Source of the DNA: a virus
Length of the DNA stretch: 64,000 nt
Virus record (IMG/VR): IMGVR_UViG_3300035696_000012
Span: 1 to 64,000 of that record
Reading direction: 5' to 3' (one strand)
Made by a program: the position numbers and the translations under genes. Shown here piece by piece: positions 1 through 6,584 of the stretch (position 1 is its first letter; every line of letters begins with the position of its first letter). A model generated the notes under the pieces. That model worked only from the letters and a program-made list of their open reading frames with translations. It ran no database searches and was not told the origin of the DNA.

Positions 1-34
1 GACTGTTGCCGTTCGAGTGAGATTGTGGAGAGCA

Positions 35-127
35 TTACATTCCCCGTTGGACGAGATAGATGACAAGGAATACCCATCCAACACATGCCAATACATGTGG
101 GATGATGCGTACGATCTTGGAATACAT
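35..127 (-). CDS. 30-aa hydrophobic peptide (MYSKIVRIIPHVLACVGWVFLVIYLVQRGM)
   Basis: Translated by hand (below ORF-track cutoff); AAGGA 5' of ATG; its TAA overlaps the next ATG (TAATG), whose ORF runs off the window. Confidence 0.5.
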   Translation of the reverse strand: MYSKIVRIIPHVLACVGWVFLVIYLVQRGM

Positions 128-150
128 TGTGATCCTTTCGGGCAATAATG

Positions 151-210
151 ACTGAATTACCCAACATCACGCACATGTAAGAGCATGTGCGCAATAGCAG
201 ATACGTCAGT
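151..210 (-). repeat. Inter-gene stem-loop element, copy 1
   Basis: Minus strand ACTGA..TCTGCTA-TTGCGCACATG-CTCTTA-CATGTGCGTGA-TGTTGG..TCAGT; lies between stop at 215 and RBS/ATG at 127. Confidence 0.8.
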
Positions 211-214
211 TTAC

Positions 215-343
215 TTATCCAATCAACCCACGCCAACGCAATGCAGCACGCATATCCGTACCGAAGAATCGTTTGGCTACAGTGTCGGCAAAGGCATCCA
301 GTTCCTTTTTCCACGGGTCGGTGCCAAGTGCGATGTCTGCCAT
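215..343 (-). CDS. 42-aa hypothetical protein (MADIALGTDPWKKELDAF...)
   Basis: Hand translation; ATG overlaps stop of upstream gene (TAATG). Confidence 0.6.
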   Translation of the reverse strand: MADIALGTDPWKKELDAFADTVAKRFFGTDMRAALRWRGLIG

Positions 344-558
344 TACTGGCACGGCGTTTCCACAATCGAGAACGGTGTCCTACACTCCGAACAAGTGTAG
401 CGTTCCAACCGAGGTGTGTTCATGTAGGTGTCGTTCACCTTGTCGGCAAGGTCTCGCAAGGTGTCCCGAAGTCGGAGAAGGTCTCCCGTGTAGTCATTGG
501 TAGAGCAATCGTCGTCAATGTAGGCTGCGACGAGAGCACGTAGAACTTTGAAGTCCAT
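343..558 (-). CDS. Hypothetical protein with C-terminal CxxC
   Basis: GAGG RBS; follows hairpin copy 2. Confidence 0.7.
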   Translation of the reverse strand: MDFKVLRALVAAYIDDDCSTNDYTGDLLRLRDTLRDLADKVNDTYMNTPRLERYTCSECRTPFSIVETPCQ

Positions 559-580
559 TGTCTTACCTCATAATATGGTG

Positions 581-644
581 AGCTGAATTGCCCAACAATG
601 TCCTACACATACGTATGCATAGGACATTAGCAGACTCGCCAGCT
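581..644 (-). repeat. Inter-gene stem-loop element, copy 2
   Basis: AGCTG..TCTGCTA-ATGTCCTA-14 nt loop-TAGGACAT-TGTTGG..CAGCT; 62/63 identical to copy 3. Confidence 0.9.
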
Positions 645-653
645 AACGCTTAC

Positions 654-971
654 TTACACCGTCTCCCAGCGCACATCCTTGACCCTCTGTTGTAGGAGGA
701 TATCGCCCATGTACGCCTTTTCGTCCTTGCTCCAGTCGGTCAATTGTAGGAGACGTGGGAGAGCTTTGCGCGCTTGTGCGAGCTTTGGATACGGCTTATC
801 CAAACGCCTACCTGACATGACATGTGTGATGGCATACCCCGGCTCATTGAACGCGCGGGTTATGATGAGATGTCGCATCTTGGAGTATCGTGTGGTCTTT
901 TCCCACACACGTTCCCCGCTGTTGGATATCTCGTTAGTGATCACGGTAAAGATGAGAGGTCGTCGTTTCAT
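654..971 (-). CDS. Hypothetical protein (start re-assigned to MKRRPLIF, 105 aa)
   Basis: GGGG RBS-like element before ATG at 971; the longer ORF-track N-terminus runs through hairpin copy 3. Confidence 0.7.
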   Translation of the reverse strand: MKRRPLIFTVITNEISNSGERVWEKTTRYSKMRHLIITRAFNEPGYAITHVMSGRRLDKPYPKLAQARKALPRLLQLTDWSKDEKAYMGDILLQQRVKDVRWETV

Positions 972-988
972 TGTTTCCCCGTCTTTTT

Positions 989-1051
989 GCTGAATTGTCC
1001 AACAATGTCCTACACATACGTATGCATAGGACATTAGCAGACTCGCCAGCT
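989..1051 (-). repeat. Inter-gene stem-loop element, copy 3
   Basis: Near-exact copy of 582-644. Confidence 0.9.
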
Positions 1052-1053
1052 TG

Positions 1054-1167
1054 TCAGATACTAACGGTAAAGGTGTGTTTCGTGGGATGAGTGGCAGCCG
1101 TGTATCCCATGTGGTACATCTCGTACCCAAAGAACCCAAGAACACACACGATGATGATGTACTTCAT
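1054..1167 (-). CDS. 37-aa peptide with N-terminal hydrophobic segment (MKYIIIVCVLGFFGY...)
   Basis: GAGG RBS before ATG at 1167. Confidence 0.55.
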   Translation of the reverse strand: MKYIIIVCVLGFFGYEMYHMGYTAATHPTKHTFTVSI

Positions 1168-1234
1168 TGTCGTATACCTCCTCACAACCCCACATGCTTG
1201 AATACACATGGGGATGTATGTAGGATGCGACCGT

Positions 1235-1402
1235 TTACTTGCTTTCCTCGTCAAGCTCTTTTCCGCACTTGTCGCAGATCTCTCCCGATCCGTCCGACCA
1301 TGAACGATTCCCCTCCGCCTTGCCACCGCATTCCGTACATGTAAGTACGATGGGGCGGGGGTTCTCACCTTGTCGGAATGCCAGCCAGCCTTCGTATGAC
1401 AT
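1235..1402 (-). CDS. 55-aa zinc-ribbon protein (CTEC...CDKC)
   Basis: AGGAGG RBS, two CxxC pairs. Confidence 0.75.
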   Translation of the reverse strand: MSYEGWLAFRQGENPRPIVLTCTECGGKAEGNRSWSDGSGEICDKCGKELDEESK

Positions 1403-1417
1403 TGTATCCTCCTGTAT

Positions 1418-1475
1418 GAAAAACTCCAACAATATCCCATACCTATGACAGTGTGGGATATTAGCAGAGCCGTTC
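1418..1475 (-). repeat. Inter-gene stem-loop element, copy 4
   Basis: GAACGGC-TCTGCTA-ATATCCCA-14 nt loop-TGGGATAT-TGTTGG-AGTTTTTC; stems differ from other copies but still pair. Confidence 0.85.
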
Positions 1476-1487
1476 CTACTTGTGTGC

Positions 1488-2033
1488 TTAGAGCGTGACG
1501 GGGATGGTAATGTGCGACACGCTCTTCTGTTTCGCGATTGACCGACCGTCGATCTTAAACCCCATATCATGTAGTTTCTTGACCATGATCGTGGGGTTCG
1601 ACGTTTCCAAGATGCCTTGCAGATCGTTCACTGCAACTTTGATGCTCGAATCGAACGCGCCCATGCGAGCCTTCAAGCTCGCAGAAAGACCGTCGTACTC
1701 CTCCTTTTCCTTACGAAGTGCGCTCGTGTAGGTTTCGAGCGCCTTGTCAAGCGCCTCTCGCACCTTTCGGTCCGCTTCCGTCTTGGCTCGACGCTGAACC
1801 GTTGCCAGAGCGTTGATTGCCCGCACACATACGGTGCCGATCTCATCCGTTGAAAGATGTTCGAACGACGGGTTAACGTTCTCGCCTTTCCCGGCATCCC
1901 ACACAATGCCGTGCATGGTACGCAGGCATGCGAGAAGGGTGGCGATATTCTCACCGTTCAGCACCTTCGGTGCCTTCGTGGTCTCTTGTGCGACGGTAGC
2001 GGCAGTGGCGACAATTGCGGTTTCGGTGGTCAT
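1488..2033 (-). CDS. Hypothetical protein, 181 aa, coiled-coil-like middle (start MTTETAIV)
   Basis: AGGAG RBS before ATG at 2033. Confidence 0.8.
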   Translation of the reverse strand: MTTETAIVATAATVAQETTKAPKVLNGENIATLLACLRTMHGIVWDAGKGENVNPSFEHLSTDEIGTVCVRAINALATVQRRAKTEADRKVREALDKALETYTSALRKEKEEYDGLSASLKARMGAFDSSIKVAVNDLQGILETSNPTIMVKKLHDMGFKIDGRSIAKQKSVSHITIPVTL

Positions 2034-2065
2034 GTGATTGTATCTCCTATGTGTTGACAGTTTTG

Positions 2066-2129
2066 AGCTTATTGCCCGACAATGCAAGCAAGCTAACTAC
2101 GCTTGCTCACATTAGCAGACATTCAAGCC
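2066..2129 (-). repeat. Inter-gene stem-loop element, copy 5
   Basis: GGCTT..TCTGCTA-ATGTGAGCAAGC-GTAGTTA-GCTTGCTTGCAT-TGTCGG..AAGCT; two G-U pairs in upper stem. Confidence 0.85.
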
Positions 2130-2335
2130 TACCAAGCGCTACTATAATCTAGTCGCTTAGCAATATCCTTGCCGTTGATTGCCTTGGCTCGCTTGCCGCT
2201 AAGCCTACGCGCACACTTGCTACTCATGCCCACCTTGTGAGTCATGTTATAGCGTGTGTCCCGAATCTGCTTACTTGTAAGCCCCTTGCAGCGCTCGCAA
2301 AGGCAATTGTTCGATTGTAGTATGAGGCACTTCAT
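2129..2335 (-). CDS. Basic Cys-containing hypothetical protein (start MKCLILQ)
   Basis: AGGA RBS; ATGA overlap with upstream ORF. Confidence 0.6.
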   Translation of the reverse strand: MKCLILQSNNCLCERCKGLTSKQIRDTRYNMTHKVGMSSKCARRLSGKRAKAINGKDIAKRLDYSSAW

Positions 2336-2463
2336 TGTCCTACCTTGTGCAGCCATCGGCTACTTGTAAACGTATGCCGTTGTTTCTTACCCGGGCGAAC
2401 ACTTCCCTTCCAATGTGCTACGTGTGCTCGTTTGAAGGGGGAACGTTTCTTTTTTGCCATCAT
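2332..2463 (-). CDS. 43-aa very basic peptide (MMAKKKRSPFKRAH...)
   Basis: Hand translation; stop overlaps next start (ATGA). Confidence 0.5.
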   Translation of the reverse strand: MMAKKKRSPFKRAHVAHWKGSVRPGKKQRHTFTSSRWLHKVGQ

Positions 2464-2477
2464 ATACCCTACTCTCG

Positions 2478-2630
2478 TCAGTGTGCGCTTAACGCACATA
2501 CCGCCCTAAACTTGTTAGGGACGGTTTCGAGCTTGCCGACGTTATTAGCGTCTAGCCGGTATAGGCTACTTGTGATAGCCGTATGGTATTGTATAGGTTG
2601 TAATACTATCTGTTTTCTTTGCACTCGCAT
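2478..2630 (-). CDS. 50-aa hypothetical peptide (MRVQRKQIVLQ...)
   Basis: Hand translation; fits the minus-strand run; weak RBS. Confidence 0.4.
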   Translation of the reverse strand: MRVQRKQIVLQPIQYHTAITSSLYRLDANNVGKLETVPNKFRAVCALSAH

Positions 2631-2880
2631 CTAGCGTTTCTTACTTCCCTATCTTGTCGCGCTTTATCCTACAATCCCACTTTCCACCGTCAGAGCCACA
2701 ATGTAGTCTAGTTGCTTCCCTTGGGAATACAACGACACCACTATGACATAGGTGGGGGTCATGTAAGACAATCGCTGAACCGTAGAATTAACCTTCTAGG
2801 TGCGATATGTCGTATCGTTAGAGTAGAGACTGGCTGCTAGGTACACTTCCGTTCTAGCGACTTTGCCTCACCTATCTTAC

Positions 2881-2937
2881 CTACACCGACTATCCCTTAC
2901 AAGGGAAGGATCCAAGGATCCTTGGTCGGCAGTGTAG
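2881..2937. ncRNA. Candidate branched RNA/ssDNA structure in non-coding region
   Basis: CTACAC/GTGTAG and CCGAC/GTCGG close two inner hairpins (TCCCT/AGGGA, AGGATC/GATCCT). Confidence 0.3.
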
Positions 2938-3057
2938 CGGGATGAAGCTTTCTAGGTGCTTTCCACCTATCGCCCTGCTAGTAACGGGTATTCCGTTGCA
3001 TGCTCTGCTTACCGGGTAGCGCTGCATTGAAAGCGACGGCAAGCTTCTAACGCCGGT

Positions 3058-3083
3058 GTAGGGGACAGTGCCCTACGTTTTTC
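3058..3083 (+). terminator. Possible intrinsic terminator
   Basis: GTAGGG-7 nt-CCCTAC followed by GTTTTTCT. Confidence 0.3.
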
Positions 3084-3135
3084 TGTTCGGCGCGCTGTCT
3101 TTCGCGCCTGCTATCAAGAGAGAACGGCAGGGGTC

Positions 3136-3170
3136 AAAAAACCTTTAGACCCTCGCGAGGCTTTTTTTTT
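3136..3170. terminator. Possible bidirectional terminator-like element
   Basis: A6-CCT..CCTCGCGAGG-C-T9; short stem. Confidence 0.3.
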
Positions 3171-3206
3171 GCCTCTTACCGTTTCACTCTCGACGATTAG
3201 GTGTAT

Positions 3207-3223
3207 TGCATGACCGATGCCAA
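3207..3223 (-). promoter_or_regulatory. sigma54-like -24/-12 element facing the small-gene run
   Basis: TTGGCATCGGTCATGCA keeps GG-N10-GC spacing. Confidence 0.35.
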
Positions 3224-3236
3224 GGTTAGGGATCGG

Positions 3237-3347
3237 CTAAGTGCCTGATATCATTAGGGAACGGTAGGGGTGCCGATGGCATGGCTTGCAGACTACGCAG
3301 GTTTTTTCATACTGCAATGTGTGTCTCGAATGATATCAACGGGTTAG
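3237..3347. repeat. Inverted pair of CTAA-N5-TGATATCATT (3237-3255 and 3329-3347)
   Basis: 14 identical positions with the same spacer length in opposite orientation. Confidence 0.6.
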
Positions 3348-3667
3348 GTACTAACGGCGAATTGCGGGGTTCGCAACTAATTGCGTAGTGTCATATATGG
3401 CGGGCTAAAAGCCGCTAGGGCAACGTTTAGAGTGCCGGGGTACCTCGGACAAGAGAACGGAAAGCAACGGGGCTTAGCAGGGCGCCTAGCGCCAGCGCTC
3501 GACCACTGCGAAGGGTGCGGCGCCGCTCGACCACGGGAGACGACCGCCAGGCAGCAGGGATGTAGTAGCCGGTAGGGAGCTCCGTCAGGATGTGGGAGCT
3601 TTGTGCCCGGTGTGGGGTAATGTAGGTGGTATGAGTTTTGCATTAGAAAGAATCATGCCAAGCCCGT

Positions 3668-3683
3668 TGGCGCGGTTCTTGCA
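3668..3683 (+). promoter_or_regulatory. sigma54-like promoter
   Basis: TGGCGCGGTTCTTGCA vs consensus TGGCACG-N4-TTGCW (one mismatch). Confidence 0.45.
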
Positions 3684-3855
3684 ATACAGTTCATGTGATC
3701 GTTTATCACACCTGATACACTGCTTATACTACTTGCTGCCCGCCACATCAGCTAACAATGTAGGACGTATCAGGCGAGCAGTGAAGTAAGGAATACGTGT
3801 TGTATGTAATGGAAGGTAGGATACCAGTGGATGATGTAGGCAATGCCGATGGGAG

Positions 3856-3873
3856 ACGTTTCACGTGAAACGT
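3856..3873. promoter_or_regulatory. parS-like palindrome
   Basis: Perfect 18-bp palindrome ACGTTTCACGTGAAACGT containing the chromosomal parS core GTTTCACGTGAAAC. Confidence 0.7.
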
Positions 3874-4413
3874 TATAGCTGGCATGATCATTGATCGTGC
3901 CAAGTAGGGTGATGTAGGAGATGTCGCCGTCTCAACACCATTGGATTACCTGAACAGGATGTAGGGCGGTAGGGGGAAAGGTAAGCGACGGTGGGGAGGA
4001 ATTACAGTAGGACGGTTGGCACGGTTCTTGGGGGTTGTCGGGAAAGGTGGGCAACGGTAGGATGAATTGGGGGCTAACGGTATCAGGGGAAAGGTGGGAT
4101 GATGTAGGATGTTCAGGTGGTATAATGTAGGGGAGACGGGGAGAACGCAGGGCGTATAGCCGGAGTAGCGGGTTGGAAGACAATGTATGATATGTAGTGA
4201 AAAGAAAGGAAAGATGATGTAATGTAGAATGATGTAATAATTGTAAAGAAGTAGAATGAAATAGAGGGAAAGGTGGGATACGGTGGGAGGATCGGAGTGG
4301 AAGTGGGGCGGTGTCGCGCGAGGTGTGGTGGTGTGAGGAAATGTGGGCTTGGTTAAACAACGAAACGGTACCAAAAACGGTAGCTATTACTTATAACAGC
4401 AAAAACAACAATC

Positions 4414-4683
4414 CTACCCTAATACCAACAATCCTTCTATATCAACCTTATACTCAACAAAATTGGTCTCTAACAGCTCCTCTGCTGCTTCCCCATATAA
4501 ATCACTATGGTCTAATAGGTATTCAATCATTGCAATCTTGAATTCTTTTACATTATTCATCGCAATAAATCCTGACAACTCATATAACATATTGTCCTGA
4601 ATGAATGCATACTTTTCATCCTCATTCATTGGATAGAACCTATACAATGGTATACCTGCTAAATCTATATCTTTATCTATCAT
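4414..4683 (-). CDS. Hypothetical protein, ends ..VEYKVDIEGLLVLG
   Basis: GGAG RBS; variant of shared C-terminal motif. Confidence 0.75.
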   Translation of the reverse strand: MIDKDIDLAGIPLYRFYPMNEDEKYAFIQDNMLYELSGFIAMNNVKEFKIAMIEYLLDHSDLYGEAAEELLETNFVEYKVDIEGLLVLG

Positions 4684-4790
4684 AATTATACTCCATAAAA
4701 TCTACAACAATACCAACAACTTCCAAAACAGCATTAGAATGGTACCAAAATAATACGATTGGATCTCTATTATTCTTTAATAAGAATCCC

Positions 4791-5333
4791 CTATAATCCC
4801 ACAGCCTTAGAAAACTCTGCCACAGCCTTACGATACTTAGCTGGATTATGCTCTTTCAATATATTGAACATATTTTTGATATTTAGCATATCGGTTGCTG
4901 GACTAGATTGATCGATAATATTCCATTCCATAGTTTTCTGCTCTTTGGTCTTAAGGGATTTAGCTTTAACATTATTTTTAAAAATTGGTATAATCTTTTG
5001 TTCCATTAAATCAAAAAATCTTTGTACTGAAACGTGTCTAACCCAAGACAACATATAATCTCTATGAAGAGAAACTGGTATAAATTTTATATATCTATTA
5101 AAATCATTAATTGAATCTGTAAGATTTGTATAGAATTCATGATCATCGAGAATATGCGCTTTGTTAGAAACTCCAACATTACTATAATTTTCTTGATCAT
5201 AATCTAAATCACGGATTTTATTAGACGGTAATCCACCATGCTTACCAGTAATGTGCTTTATGAAAGACTGCATAAAATGCTGCAACTCATGTCTTGCAAT
5301 ATCTTTTATATTTTCAATCGTATACTGTAAATA
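4791..5333 (-). pseudogene. HExxH (RHELQH) metalloprotease-like ORF lacking a normal start
   Basis: Frame open from TAA at 5334-5336; only TTG/ATG starts lie at or after the HELQH motif. Confidence 0.5.
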
Positions 5334-5367
5334 TTACTGCAATAACATAATTACTGCAATAACATAA
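5334..5367. repeat. 17-bp perfect tandem duplication TTACTGCAATAACATAA
   Basis: 5334-5350 equals 5351-5367; duplicates the 3' end of the upstream gene. Confidence 0.9.
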
Positions 5368-5656
5368 CAGTATCATATATCCTTATATATTCTGGAAAAT
5401 ACTCCTGTATAGCAAGAAAACAATACTCTATCTTATCGTTATACTTAGCTTGCAGACATTTAATAATATATGCCTTTACTCTTGTGTTATCATAACAGAG
5501 TTCAATCTCTTCCTTGGAACGAGAGATATAACAAGTTGCAGAAGATGGATTATTATATAATGCAGAATTGGCATTATTCATCCAGCAAGAAGTACATGGT
5601 TTAGATGGCTTTAGATCCTTGCAAACCTTTATTATCTTTGTTAAAGATTTCAACAA
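5351..5656 (-). CDS. Hypothetical protein, ends YFPEYIRIYDTVMLLQ (start may be ATG 5581)
   Basis: ORF track; shared C-terminal motif. Confidence 0.7.
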   Translation of the reverse strand: MLKSLTKIIKVCKDLKPSKPCTSCWMNNANSALYNNPSSATCYISRSKEEIELCYDNTRVKAYIIKCLQAKYNDKIEYCFLAIQEYFPEYIRIYDTVMLLQ

Positions 5657-6296
5657 ATTCCTTACTCAATAATAATAACTTATTAGTTAGTTTTTTATTG
5701 AGGTAAAAATGCGTTTCATCATTAAGAAAACTCATTCCCGTTGAAAGATATGCTTGAGTTTCATCAATATAAACTTTTGGTGTATAACCCTTTATTTTTA
5801 GCCATGAATTAATTGCAAGAAGAATATCTTTTGGAATAGATTTTACAAGAGATTTCATAATTGATTTATAATCATTATTTAGATAATAAAACCCATGAGC
5901 AATTTCATGATTTAATGTGGTTTTGTTATTTTTTAAATAACCAATTAAATAAAAATTTTGGGAGGATTTTTTACAATGACGATAAATATTTAACATTTCA
6001 TGATCGTATATATTGCGGTCTGGAATGGCATTGTTGAAAACTTGTTCTATAACATATGAAGGAATATTGAACCCGTTCCAATCAGACGGGTATGTAAATG
6101 AATTATCGCCGTATTTTTTAGAATACCAGCGCATAAAAGAAAGAATTGTAAAAGATTTATTCCTAAATTTAGGAGAAGAAGACTCGTAGAATTCTTGATA
6201 GCGTAGAAAATGCATACATAAATCATATCGGTCTTGAAATTGTAAACCAAATATATTTGGTTTGATTTCTTTTAATGTGTAATTTGCAGTTTTCAT
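5601..6296 (-). CDS. Conserved phage protein with HExxH (HEIAH) motif
   Basis: Start MKTANY; zincin-like motif. Confidence 0.7.
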   Translation of the reverse strand: MKTANYTLKEIKPNIFGLQFQDRYDLCMHFLRYQEFYESSSPKFRNKSFTILSFMRWYSKKYGDNSFTYPSDWNGFNIPSYVIEQVFNNAIPDRNIYDHEMLNIYRHCKKSSQNFYLIGYLKNNKTTLNHEIAHGFYYLNNDYKSIMKSLVKSIPKDILLAINSWLKIKGYTPKVYIDETQAYLSTGMSFLNDETHFYLNKKLTNKLLLLSKEFVEIFNKDNKGLQGSKAI

Positions 6297-6568
6297 ATAA
6301 GTATAATTACCTTTTCTAACCAATCATAGTATTGAGGATAATATAGTTTTATTGCTTCTTTTAAATAAAGAGAATAAAAATTATATTCAAAACCTTCGGT
6401 CCTTATTACGGATTTAATGTAATTTTTAATTTCGGATTGATGTTTTAAATCAAATTCATATTTCCACCATTCAATCCAACATTTTGATTGATATAATTTA
6501 GATACATCGTGATTTTGTGCCCAATTACAAACAAAACATAATGGTATATTTAAAGATTTGCAAAGCAT
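6293..6568 (-). CDS. Hypothetical protein, ends YYPQYYDWLEKVIILI
   Basis: ATGA overlap with downstream gene; shared C-terminal motif. Confidence 0.7.
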   Translation of the reverse strand: MLCKSLNIPLCFVCNWAQNHDVSKLYQSKCWIEWWKYEFDLKHQSEIKNYIKSVIRTEGFEYNFYSLYLKEAIKLYYPQYYDWLEKVIILI

Positions 6569-6584
6569 TGTTATATTATTGTGT

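Larger units (their letters stand above)
3620..4277 (+). repeat. Strand-biased short repeats: 7x ATGTAGG and 3x GGGAAAGGTGGG
   Basis: ATGTAGG at 3620, 3758, 3834, 3912, 3959, 4102, 4125; 12-mer at 4040, 4087, 4266; purine-rich plus strand. Confidence 0.7.

Noticed and set aside
151-2129. Hairpin family as integron attC sites
   Set aside because: GTTRRRY-like arm is present, but the partner reads GTCTGCT rather than RYYYAAC, pairing works only on the coding strand (attC folds on the bottom strand), and no integrase is in the window; kept only as a minor alternative
151-2129. Hairpin family as a CRISPR or mini-array
   Set aside because: Spacers are 370-590 bp and contain genes; repeats vary in sequence; no cas genes
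151-2129. Hairpins as intrinsic terminators
   Set aside because: No U-tract follows on the coding strand, and conserved internal mismatches are not terminator-like
2640-3200. Hammerhead ribozyme
   Set aside because: No CUGANGA/GAAA core found on either strand by eye
3377-4541. ORF-track calls at 3377-3643, 3381-3575, 3592-3789, 3932-4360, 3946-4374, 4311-4541
   Set aside because: Low-complexity Pro/His/Leu/Ser translations of a strand-biased repeat tract, with no RBS and no family features
4368-4750. GGTACCAAAA and AATACCAACAA occurring twice around the 4414-4683 gene
   Set aside because: Short, in different order and in low-complexity A/C-rich sequence; could be chance
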